This document shows positions 1-8,059 of a stretch of 64,000 nt of DNA, piece after piece (the first letter of the stretch is position 1; every line of letters starts with the position of its first letter). The translations under genes were made by a program, and so were the position numbers. The DNA lies in NCBI GenBank assembly GCA_951812955.1, contig OX638340.1:3232001-3296000 (forward strand), written 5' to 3'. This stretch comes from an uncultured Gemmatimonadota bacterium. Lineage in GTDB: Bacteria > JAAXHH01. The notes beneath the pieces are model-generated. The model ran no database searches. It saw nothing but the letters and a program-made list of their open reading frames with translations, and had not been told where the DNA came from.

Positions 1-153
1 AGACGATCGAGGACCTTCGCGTGAGACTGATGGACTGGCGTATGTCCAACGAGGACGAGAGCCGGGTCAGTTGGACTTACGAACGCCGCCCCGGATTCGG
101 GCGCAATCCCTTCGTGGCGTGACCGATCTTCCCCACGAAGTACCGGAGCCGAG

Positions 154-1002
154 ATGAGCCGGCTGTTCTTCCTGGCAAGGAGATTCGTCGCGGGGGAATC
201 CCTCGAGGCCGCTGTAGACGTCGTCCGGTCGTTGAACGACGCGGGACTCGACGTGACGTTGAACATGCTCGGCGAAGGCACCCTGGAAAGGGAAAAGGCG
301 GAAGACGCAGTCAGGCAGTATCTCGTGATGCTGGATCTGATCCGGGAGGGTGCGCTCCAGGCCAATATCTCCGTCAAACTCACCCATCTGGGACTGGACA
401 TCGACGAAGCGTACTGCACGGATAACCTGAGCCGCATCCTGGAGGCCGCGAAGGAGCGGGACATCTTCATCCGGCTGGATATGGAAGGTTCGCCCCATAC
501 GCAGCGGACCCTCGACATCTTCTACACCCTGTACGACCGCTACAGGAATGCCGGCGTGGTGATCCAGGCCATGCTGCTGCGCAGTCCCCACGACATCTTC
601 GTGCTCAACAAAATCGGCGCCCGCGTGAGGCTGTGCAAGGGATCCTACCGTGAATCCTCCGAACTGGCCCTGCAGCGCATGCCCAACATCCGCGGCGCCT
701 TTCTGTCCATTGCGGAACAACTGCTCAAGGACGGCCGTTTCCCCGCCTTCGCGACCCATGACGACTATCTGATCGAAGGCGTGACCCGGAACGCCGAGCG
801 GCTGGAGGTCCCTCGGGACCAGTTCGAGTTTCAGATGCTGTACGGCCTGCGTCCCGGATTCCAGAAGGAGATGCGCGCAAGGGGCTTTCGCATGCGGATC
901 TACGTGCCCTTCGGAACGGAGTGGATGCCCTACTTCTATCGTAGGCTCAGGGAACGCAAGGAGAACGTGTGGTTCGTCCTCCGGAACCTGGTCAGACGCT
1001 GA
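154..1002 (+). CDS. FAD-dependent proline dehydrogenase (monofunctional PutA-like)
   Basis: 282-aa ORF with ATG start preceded by GGAG. The translation resembles the proline dehydrogenase TIM-barrel family (LGEGT...ISVKLT...YVPFGTEWMPYFYRRL C-terminus). Confidence 0.75.
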   Translation: MSRLFFLARRFVAGESLEAAVDVVRSLNDAGLDVTLNMLGEGTLEREKAEDAVRQYLVMLDLIREGALQANISVKLTHLGLDIDEAYCTDNLSRILEAAKERDIFIRLDMEGSPHTQRTLDIFYTLYDRYRNAGVVIQAMLLRSPHDIFVLNKIGARVRLCKGSYRESSELALQRMPNIRGAFLSIAEQLLKDGRFPAFATHDDYLIEGVTRNAERLEVPRDQFEFQMLYGLRPGFQKEMRARGFRMRIYVPFGTEWMPYFYRRLRERKENVWFVLRNLVRR

Positions 1003-1110
1003 GCTCGACGCCAGCCTGTATACGCCCGGACTCCTAATCTTTAATATGTAACATACATCTCCCTTGTGAAGTCGTAAGTAATAACCGTGATGACCGCATA
1101 CGCAATGTTC

Positions 1111-1138
1111 CACGGTAATCAACGCGCGGTAATCAACG
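1111..1138. repeat. 14-bp direct repeat x2 (c[ag]cggtaatcaacg) in promoter region of the following gene
   Basis: Two adjacent copies read directly, 35 bp upstream of the 1173 start codon. Confidence 0.5.
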
Positions 1139-1172
1139 AAAAAAATCGGTTTGCCTGCATGGGAGGTGTCGA

Positions 1173-2042
1173 ATGTTTACGCTCGCGTATAGGGTTTTTA
1201 CCATTGCCACGGTTCTCACGTTGCTGCCCGGCGGCTTGACGGGTTCTACCGGAGATGCGTTCGCAGAGGTCAGACATTATTCCAAATCGGTCGCATTCGA
1301 GCCGGGCGGCCACCTAGATGTCAAGACTCGACAGGGCAGTATTGACCTTACGACATGGGACCGTAACGAGGTGGAAATCGTTGCCCGAATCGAGTCACCT
1401 TTCGACATCGACGCCGACTACGCGAGAAAGATCGTATCGGCGCTGCAAATCGAAGTGGAGAGATCCGGGGGATCGTTGCGGATCCGGTCCGACTACGACG
1501 ATATTCCTGTTTACAAACGATGGTTTTTCAGTATGCGGCAACACCCCCTCGTCCATTACGAAATCCGAATGCCGAGGCGTACCCATCTTACATTGGAGGT
1601 CCGTCATACGGATACGACGATCCAGGGTGTGGAAGGCGCGATTCGTGTCAATGCGCATTACAGCACAGTAACGGGTGTGGGCTGGACGGGTCTCGTGCGC
1701 CTCGACATGGATCATGGTAAGCTCAGGCTGGAAAAACTTGAAGGCTCTGTCGAACTGGATGCGAAACATGCGGACGTGCGCATGGAAGCGATCCGGCTCA
1801 ACGGTGATACGCGAATACACGCGCATCGCGGTGAAACGGAATTGTACCTGCCGCGCCATCAGGGGCTCGATCTCTACTCCGATATCAGCCACGAAAGCGA
1901 ACTAGACTCCGATTTCAAGATTTCGTCAGGGGATTTCGAGCGCGGCGAAGGAATCATATCCGGCACGATAAACGGGGGCGGCTCTTTGCTCGAACTCCGC
2001 GGCGACCACACAAGATTCCGGTTGAGAACAAGCGGGTTGTAA
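1173..2042 (+). CDS. secreted hypothetical protein, DUF4097-like (putative adhesin beta-strand repeat) domain
   Basis: ATG preceded by GGGAGG; N-terminal hydrophobic signal peptide; repetitive beta-strand-like segments. The family assignment is tentative. Confidence 0.4.
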   Translation: MFTLAYRVFTIATVLTLLPGGLTGSTGDAFAEVRHYSKSVAFEPGGHLDVKTRQGSIDLTTWDRNEVEIVARIESPFDIDADYARKIVSALQIEVERSGGSLRIRSDYDDIPVYKRWFFSMRQHPLVHYEIRMPRRTHLTLEVRHTDTTIQGVEGAIRVNAHYSTVTGVGWTGLVRLDMDHGKLRLEKLEGSVELDAKHADVRMEAIRLNGDTRIHAHRGETELYLPRHQGLDLYSDISHESELDSDFKISSGDFERGEGIISGTINGGGSLLELRGDHTRFRLRTSGL

Positions 2043-2358
2043 TCCCGTTACACGCTTATCCCGATACAACCTGGCTCGTGCGGTCTACCCGACTCGCCCT
2101 GAAGTTCATCCATACCCATACTCGCCGGATCAGTACCGCGAACCTTACCGAATCGGCCGCACGCCACTACGGTACCCCGACCAAGCGTATTGTACGTGCC
2201 CGCCGTCATGCGGCGTACCGCAATCTCTGCGCCTCTTTCCGCCGTATAATCATTGACAACGTCAAGCCTGTGACATCATAATCTGGAAACCATTCGCGGC
2301 AGCATCATATTTCGTGGGTTCAGGACTACTGAAATACCCCGGGAGGGGAGGTTCGTTC

Positions 2359-2553
2359 GTGACGGACTTGACTTTTCCGTTGTGCCAGAAATGTAATGTG
2401 GGCGTGTTGATTCCGCTCTCCGACTACGGCCGTGACGGCGCGACGATCGAGTACAAGGCCTGGGCATGCACTAATCCCGATTGCGGATTCAACATCCGCA
2501 TCGACAACGGCGATATCAGTTACGGAAGACCCATGGCGCAGTCTCACAAGTGA
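2359..2553 (+). CDS. small zinc-ribbon protein (CxxC...CxxxxC), hypothetical
   Basis: GTG start with strong GGGAGGGGAGG Shine-Dalgarno 7 nt upstream; two Cys pairs (CQKC, CTNPDC). The ORF-track start at 2314 has no RBS. Confidence 0.4.
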   Translation: MTDLTFPLCQKCNVGVLIPLSDYGRDGATIEYKAWACTNPDCGFNIRIDNGDISYGRPMAQSHK

Positions 2554-2568
2554 GCCGAATGAGGCGCG

Positions 2569-3678
2569 ATGCTCATCCTCGGAATCGATACTTCCTGTGA
2601 CGAAACCGCGGCCGCCGTCGTGCGCGATGAAACGACCGTCCTTTCCAACGTAATCTCATCGCAGGGCATACATAATGAATACGGGGGCGTCGTTCCGGAA
2701 CTGGCCTCCCGGGCCCACCTGTCCCTTCTCCTGCCTGCAATCGAATCGGCCCTGCATCAGGCTTCCTGCGAACCGGACGGCCTGGATGCCGTCGCCGTGA
2801 CCTATGGGCCGGGCCTCGCGGGCTGCCTTTTGATCGGGCTTACCACGGTCAAGTCCATCGCGCTGGCCATGGACAAGCCCCTGGTCGGCGTGAATCATAT
2901 CGAAGGCCACGTGTTCGCGGGGCGCCTGGCGGACGGGGAACTCGACCCTCCGTTCATCGCGCTAGTCGTATCCGGCGGACACACGCAACTGGTGCACGTC
3001 GAGCGGTGGGGCACGTACCATATCCTGGGCAATACCCGCGATGACGCGGCCGGCGAGGCCTTCGACAAGGTAGCCAGGCTGATGCGGGTAGGGTACCCTG
3101 GCGGTCCCGTCATCGATCGGCTGTCCCGCGACGGCGATCCCGGTTTCCTGGACTTTCCCCGGACCTACCTGGATCCGGAGGGATTCGAGTTCAGTTTCAG
3201 CGGCCTCAAGAACGCCATGCGCATGTATCTTTCCAAACGGTCGGAAGCGGAGATCGACCGCGACCTGGCCCATATCGCCGCGGCATTCCAGGAAGCCGTC
3301 GTAGACGTGCTGGTCGACAAGTCCATGGCCGCCGCCGCGTCCGTCGGGGTGGACGCTGTACTGATCACGGGCGGCGTGGCGTGCAACGGCCGTCTGCGCG
3401 AGCGGATGACCGAAAGGGGCGCCGAACTGGGGTTCAAGGTGGTCTATCCCCCACCCATTCTCTGCACGGACAACGGGGCCATGATCGCGGCGGCCGGGGC
3501 CTACCGGTTCCGCCAGGGGCAACGGGACGGGCTTTCGCTTTCCGTCCAGCCTCGCGCGCGCCTGTCCGCTTACAACGGAGTCGGGCTGAACGGGCAGGCC
3601 GGGCAGGCCGGGCAGGCCGGGCAGTCCGCGAGAGTCCGGTCCGGCGGTCAGTCCTCAAACCGAAGCAGTGGACCATGA
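2569..3678 (+). CDS. tsaD: tRNA N6-adenosine threonylcarbamoyltransferase TsaD (Kae1/Gcp family)
   Basis: MLILGIDTSCDETAAAVV... N-terminus and HxxH metal-binding region typical of TsaD. The C-terminal ~30 aa are a low-complexity extension (GQAGQAGQAGQ). Confidence 0.9.
   Translation: MLILGIDTSCDETAAAVVRDETTVLSNVISSQGIHNEYGGVVPELASRAHLSLLLPAIESALHQASCEPDGLDAVAVTYGPGLAGCLLIGLTTVKSIALAMDKPLVGVNHIEGHVFAGRLADGELDPPFIALVVSGGHTQLVHVERWGTYHILGNTRDDAAGEAFDKVARLMRVGYPGGPVIDRLSRDGDPGFLDFPRTYLDPEGFEFSFSGLKNAMRMYLSKRSEAEIDRDLAHIAAAFQEAVVDVLVDKSMAAAASVGVDAVLITGGVACNGRLRERMTERGAELGFKVVYPPPILCTDNGAMIAAAGAYRFRQGQRDGLSLSVQPRARLSAYNGVGLNGQAGQAGQAGQSARVRSGGQSSNRSSGP
3592..3627 (+). repeat. 9-bp tandem repeat x4 (gggcaggcc) inside tsaD 3' extension
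   Basis: Read directly; encodes (GQA)n. Confidence 0.7.
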
Positions 3679-4988
3679 ACCTCATTGCGTCCTATTTCAG
3701 GTTCGAAGAGCGCAATACGAACTGGCGGGCCGAAGTCACCGGCGGCCTGACCACCTTCATGACGATGGCCTACATCGTCGCCGTAAACCCCGGCATCCTG
3801 TCTGAAGCGATGGGCCAGTCGTTGTTCGGGGAACTATTGTTCGCCACGTGCGTGTCCGCCGCGTTCGGCACGTTGCTGATGGCGCTGCTTGCGAACTATC
3901 CCTTTGCCCTGGCGCCCGGCATGGGACTCAACGCATTCTTCACCTACACCATCGTGTTGGGCATGGGCGTGGACTGGCGTATCGCCCTCGCCGTGGTACT
4001 CGCATCGGGTATTCTGTTTCTTCTGCTCACGTTTCTCCGGGTGCGGGAAGCGATAATCACAGCGGTTCCGGAACCGCTGAAGCGTGCGACCGCGGCCGGC
4101 ATCGGACTGTTCATCGCGTTCATCGGGCTCAAGAACGCCGGCGTCATCGTGGACGATCCGGCCACGCTGGTCAGCCTGGGCGACGTAAGGTCCTGGCCGG
4201 TTGGTCTGACCCTCGCGGGCATGTTGGCCATGGGCGTAATGCTGGCACGGGGAATGCGTGGTTCGATCCTGCTGGGTGTGGCCGGGGTCGCATTCCTGGC
4301 CATGGTATTCGGCGTGACGCCGTGGCCGGCGGGCGTAGCGAGCATGCCCACCTGGCCGTCGACCCTGTTCGGCGAGGCGGTCGTCAACCTGCCACTTGTC
4401 CTGGACTCGGCGATGCTGCACCTCGTGTTCGCCTTCCTGTTCGTGGACCTGTTCGATACCATGGGGACACTGGTCGGACTCTCGGAACGATCGGGTTTCC
4501 TGGACCGGCAGGGCCGGCTTCCCCGGGCTAACCGCGCGCTGCTCGCAGACTCCGTCGGTACGGTTTTCGGCAGTGTGATGGGCTCAGCGACCGTGACCAC
4601 ATACATAGAGAGCGCCACCGGCATTTCTTCCGGGGCGCGGACTGGATTCGCCAGCCTGGTGGTCGCCTTGCTGTTCCTCGGCACGTTGTTCCTGACCCCA
4701 CTGGTCGAATCGATACCAGTATTCGCCACCGCGCCCGCGCTGATTGTCACGGGTGTATTGATGATGGCTTCGGCGGCGCGGGTGAACTGGAGCGACGCGT
4801 CGGAAGCGGTACCCGTTTTTCTTACGTTGATTTCGATTCCGTTGACGTTTAGTATTGCCGACGGCCTGGCCGTCGGTTTCGTCGCCTATCCGGTCATCAA
4901 AAGACTGAGCGGCAGGGGCGGGGAAGTACATCCGCTCGTCGACGTCCTGGCGCTTGTCTTTATCGCACGATACGTTTTCATGACGTGA
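3675..4988 (+). CDS. NCS2-family purine permease (AzgA/GhxP-like adenine/guanine/hypoxanthine transporter)
   Basis: ATG at 3675 overlaps the tsaD stop (ATGA). MNLIASYF...GGLTTFMTMAYIVAVNP is the AzgA-family N-terminal signature, with multiple TM segments. The ORF-track 5' extension from 3381 overlaps tsaD and is rejected. Confidence 0.8.
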   Translation: MNLIASYFRFEERNTNWRAEVTGGLTTFMTMAYIVAVNPGILSEAMGQSLFGELLFATCVSAAFGTLLMALLANYPFALAPGMGLNAFFTYTIVLGMGVDWRIALAVVLASGILFLLLTFLRVREAIITAVPEPLKRATAAGIGLFIAFIGLKNAGVIVDDPATLVSLGDVRSWPVGLTLAGMLAMGVMLARGMRGSILLGVAGVAFLAMVFGVTPWPAGVASMPTWPSTLFGEAVVNLPLVLDSAMLHLVFAFLFVDLFDTMGTLVGLSERSGFLDRQGRLPRANRALLADSVGTVFGSVMGSATVTTYIESATGISSGARTGFASLVVALLFLGTLFLTPLVESIPVFATAPALIVTGVLMMASAARVNWSDASEAVPVFLTLISIPLTFSIADGLAVGFVAYPVIKRLSGRGGEVHPLVDVLALVFIARYVFMT

Positions 4989-5055
4989 TGTCTCGTTAAA
5001 GGGCCTGTACCCGTGCCCTCCAATCATCACCTGATTTCGTAGGGAGGTTTTCATT

Positions 5056-7890
5056 ATGCGCACTACGAGCGTGATATTGCTCTTGCTGTTCAGTGTATGG
5101 CCGGCGGCTGCCCAGGAGACCGGCAGCCTGGCCGGCAGGATCGCAGCCGATGACGGAATGGCGTTGTTCGGCGCCAATATCGTGATCGGGGGTGACGCGA
5201 TCGATGAATTGCGCGGAACGACGAGCGACGGCGAGGGGGCCTTTCGCGTCGACGGCCTGCCGCCTGGCGTATATGACGTGACGGCCTCCTTTCTTGGCTA
5301 TGAATCGGTCACCATGGCCGCCGTGGCGGTCCTGGGTGGCGAAACCACGCGGCTTGACATCGGCCTTGTGGCTACGACGCTGATCGGGCAGCAGGTCGTG
5401 GTTTCCGCGTCGCGTAAACAGGAGAAGCTGCTCGACGCGCCGGCTTCCGTATCCGTAGTCGAGCTGGACGAGATCATGAACCGGCCGTCGTTGTCGGTAA
5501 CCGACTATATCAAGGACCTGGGTGGCGTGGACCAGGCCAAGGTCGGCGTTTCCCAGAGCTCCACTGTGATCCGGGGATTCAACCGCACGTTTACCGGGTC
5601 CCTCCTGCAGATGGTGGACAACCGGATCGCGCGGATCGCCTCGCTCCGGCTCAACATGGGCAGTTCCATCCCCATCACTAGCGAGGACATCCAGCGCATC
5701 GAGGTCGTCCGCGGACCGGGTTCCGCCCTTTACGGTCCCAACAGCGCCAACGGGGTCATGCACATCGTGACCCGATCGCCCATCGGTTCGGAAGGCAACT
5801 CGTTGGCCGTGTACGGCGGGGAGCGCAGTCTGCGCAAGGCGACCTTCCGGCACGCCAGCAGTGTCGACGAAAAGATAGGGTTCAAGGTTTCGGGCGAGTA
5901 TTCGAAGGCCCGGGAATGGGAATACAATGACCCCGCGGAGGTCAGTCCCCGGGACTACGACAACGAACGCCTGCTCGGGGAGATACGAATCGACCTTCGT
6001 CCCACGGACGACCTGTCCATCATCGGCTCGGCGGGGTATTCCCGGATCAAAGCCATCCAGATGACCGGGCAGGGCGCGGCGCAGGCCGTCGACTGGTCCA
6101 CCCGGTTCTTCCAGGCGCGAACGCAGTACAAGGGCTGGTTCGCCCAGATCTTTCTCAACATGAACGACGCGGGCGAGACCAAGCTTCTCCGGACCAACCA
6201 GCCGATCGTGGATACCTCGAGATTGACCGTGGTGCAGCTTCAGCATAACTTCGGGCTGGGCGACCGGCAGCAGTTCACCTATGGCGCGGACATGTTGCTG
6301 ACCCGGCCCAACACTGGAAACACGACCCACGGTCAATACGAAGACCGCGACAATCTGGACGAGTATGGCCTTTACATTCAAAGCGAAACGAACCTGAACG
6401 ACCAGGTCAGCCTGATGCTGGCCGGCCGGCTGGACGAGCACAGCAAGAACGAAAACCCGGTGTTCTCACCCCGCGCGGCCCTGGTCTACAAACCTTCGAC
6501 GGAGAGCACGCTTCGGCTTACCTACAACCGGGCGTTCGGCACACCCAGTTCGGTGCATTACTTTCTCGATCTGATAGCGAGTTCCGACCCATACGGCCTG
6601 GGCATGAATTTCGGCGCCCTGGGTCTGGGATCGGACCGCACCATCGATTTGCGCACGCAGGGCGTCAACTCGCAGTTCACGTTTCGTCGGGGCGACAACG
6701 GCCTGCCCATGTACCGTTCGCCCTTCGCTCCCGTGGCGGGGCTGCCCGTGGACACCTATCTCCCCATGAACGATCCGGCCAGCACCAATCTCCTCTGGGG
6801 CGTGGCGCGCGGCGCAGTGCTTGCGCAGCTAACGCCGCAGCTCCAGGCGCTGGCGGTCCCCCTCATCACGCAGTATTTGATTTCGCTTGGGATTCCGGCT
6901 CAGAACGCGGGGCAATTGGCATCCCAGCAGGCGACGCAACTGGCCGCCGCGTTCCCGGGCGTCATCCCGTCCGCGCTTCCTGGGCTCACGAATTCACTGG
7001 GCATACTGGACACAGGTACAGGTACCTTCAATCCGGTCGATCCCGCATCGGTAAGGAACATCGACCCGATAAGACCGTCCATTACCGAGACGTTTGAAGT
7101 GGGATACAAAGGCGTCATCGACAACAAGCTGGTACTGACCGCGGATTTCTACCGGAACAAGATACACGATTTCATCAGCTCGATTCATATCGTGACGCCC
7201 AATGTCTTCCTCGATCCCGGACCGCTGAGCACGGCCCTGGGAGCGGGAATCGCGCAGCATCTGGCCGCGCCCGAGAACGCGCAATTGGCTGGTGCGCTCA
7301 ACGCGCTCGATGACCCGGCCGCGGGCGTAGGCGGCAACGGCAATGGAACGCCGGTGGACGAACTGACCGGTATATTCGTGAGTACTGCGGCCTCGATACC
7401 GTTTGGCACGGCGACCCCGGAAGAGGCTTCGGACCCCAACGCCGTGATGCTGACTTACCGCAACTTCGGAGAAGTTACGTACTACGGCACGGACATCGGG
7501 TTCTCCTATTATCCCAGCGACGTGTGGAACCTGTCGGGCAGTTATTCCTATATCAACACGAACCTGTTCGAGAACGTGGACGGCATCGACGATATACCAT
7601 TGAACGCGCCGCGTCACAAGCTATCCATGGCGATTGGGTTCAAGCCGTCGGGCACGCCGCTCACCCTCGGCGCCCGCGTGCGGTACCGCGGGCAATTCGA
7701 GATGGCCGATGGCGTGTATGTGGGGGACGTCGAGTCTCATTCCGTCGTAGACTTGAACGCCTCCTATGCGTTTTCGAATCTCACCCTGAGCGTAGAGGCC
7801 GGGAATCTGTTCAATAGCGAGTACCAGGCGTTTGTCGGAGCGCCAATGATCGGGCGCATGGTCATGGCGGGTCTTGCGGTGCGTTTCTGA
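5056..7890 (+). CDS. TonB-dependent outer-membrane receptor (CarboxypepD_reg-like N-domain + plug + beta-barrel)
   Basis: Signal peptide ending AAAQE; an N-terminal domain like GSLAGRI...DGLPPGVYDV; a C-terminal aromatic residue (…AVRF); 944 aa; GGGAGG RBS. Confidence 0.85.
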   Translation: MRTTSVILLLLFSVWPAAAQETGSLAGRIAADDGMALFGANIVIGGDAIDELRGTTSDGEGAFRVDGLPPGVYDVTASFLGYESVTMAAVAVLGGETTRLDIGLVATTLIGQQVVVSASRKQEKLLDAPASVSVVELDEIMNRPSLSVTDYIKDLGGVDQAKVGVSQSSTVIRGFNRTFTGSLLQMVDNRIARIASLRLNMGSSIPITSEDIQRIEVVRGPGSALYGPNSANGVMHIVTRSPIGSEGNSLAVYGGERSLRKATFRHASSVDEKIGFKVSGEYSKAREWEYNDPAEVSPRDYDNERLLGEIRIDLRPTDDLSIIGSAGYSRIKAIQMTGQGAAQAVDWSTRFFQARTQYKGWFAQIFLNMNDAGETKLLRTNQPIVDTSRLTVVQLQHNFGLGDRQQFTYGADMLLTRPNTGNTTHGQYEDRDNLDEYGLYIQSETNLNDQVSLMLAGRLDEHSKNENPVFSPRAALVYKPSTESTLRLTYNRAFGTPSSVHYFLDLIASSDPYGLGMNFGALGLGSDRTIDLRTQGVNSQFTFRRGDNGLPMYRSPFAPVAGLPVDTYLPMNDPASTNLLWGVARGAVLAQLTPQLQALAVPLITQYLISLGIPAQNAGQLASQQATQLAAAFPGVIPSALPGLTNSLGILDTGTGTFNPVDPASVRNIDPIRPSITETFEVGYKGVIDNKLVLTADFYRNKIHDFISSIHIVTPNVFLDPGPLSTALGAGIAQHLAAPENAQLAGALNALDDPAAGVGGNGNGTPVDELTGIFVSTAASIPFGTATPEEASDPNAVMLTYRNFGEVTYYGTDIGFSYYPSDVWNLSGSYSYINTNLFENVDGIDDIPLNAPRHKLSMAIGFKPSGTPLTLGARVRYRGQFEMADGVYVGDVESHSVVDLNASYAFSNLTLSVEAGNLFNSEYQAFVGAPMIGRMVMAGLAVRF

Positions 7891-7972
7891 TACGAAACCG
7901 GCGATAATTCGCTTGACAAATCCGCATATGTTCATATTCTATAAGTAATTATGCAGTGTGAACATCTTATCC

Positions 7973-8010
7973 GCGCCGACGCGAAATAACAACCGAAACC
8001 GCGTCGGCGC
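7973..8010. repeat. perfect 10-bp inverted repeat (gcgccgacgc/gcgtcggcgc) with 18-nt loop between the two receptor genes
   Basis: Read directly; no T-tract follows, so it is not a canonical intrinsic terminator. Confidence 0.5.
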
Positions 8011-8059
8011 CGGACCCTGGATTCCTAAAGACTCATACATGCAGGAAGGAACCGCTTAG

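Noticed and set aside
4996-6441. Long antisense ORFs opposite real genes. Examples are 4996..6441-, 8750..9445-, 3944..4750-, 11120..12040-, 13097..13867-, 14712..15830-, 15562..16497-, 21024..21770-, 25692..26534+, 26462..27898+, 28380..29540-, 34533..35420-, 36300..37517+, 37560..38621+, 39635..40528+, 47942..48952- and 50773..51777-.
   Set aside because: These are typical high-GC shadow ORFs. Their translations are Arg/Pro/Gly-rich with no domain features. The opposite-strand genes have clear family signatures, RBSs and operon structure.
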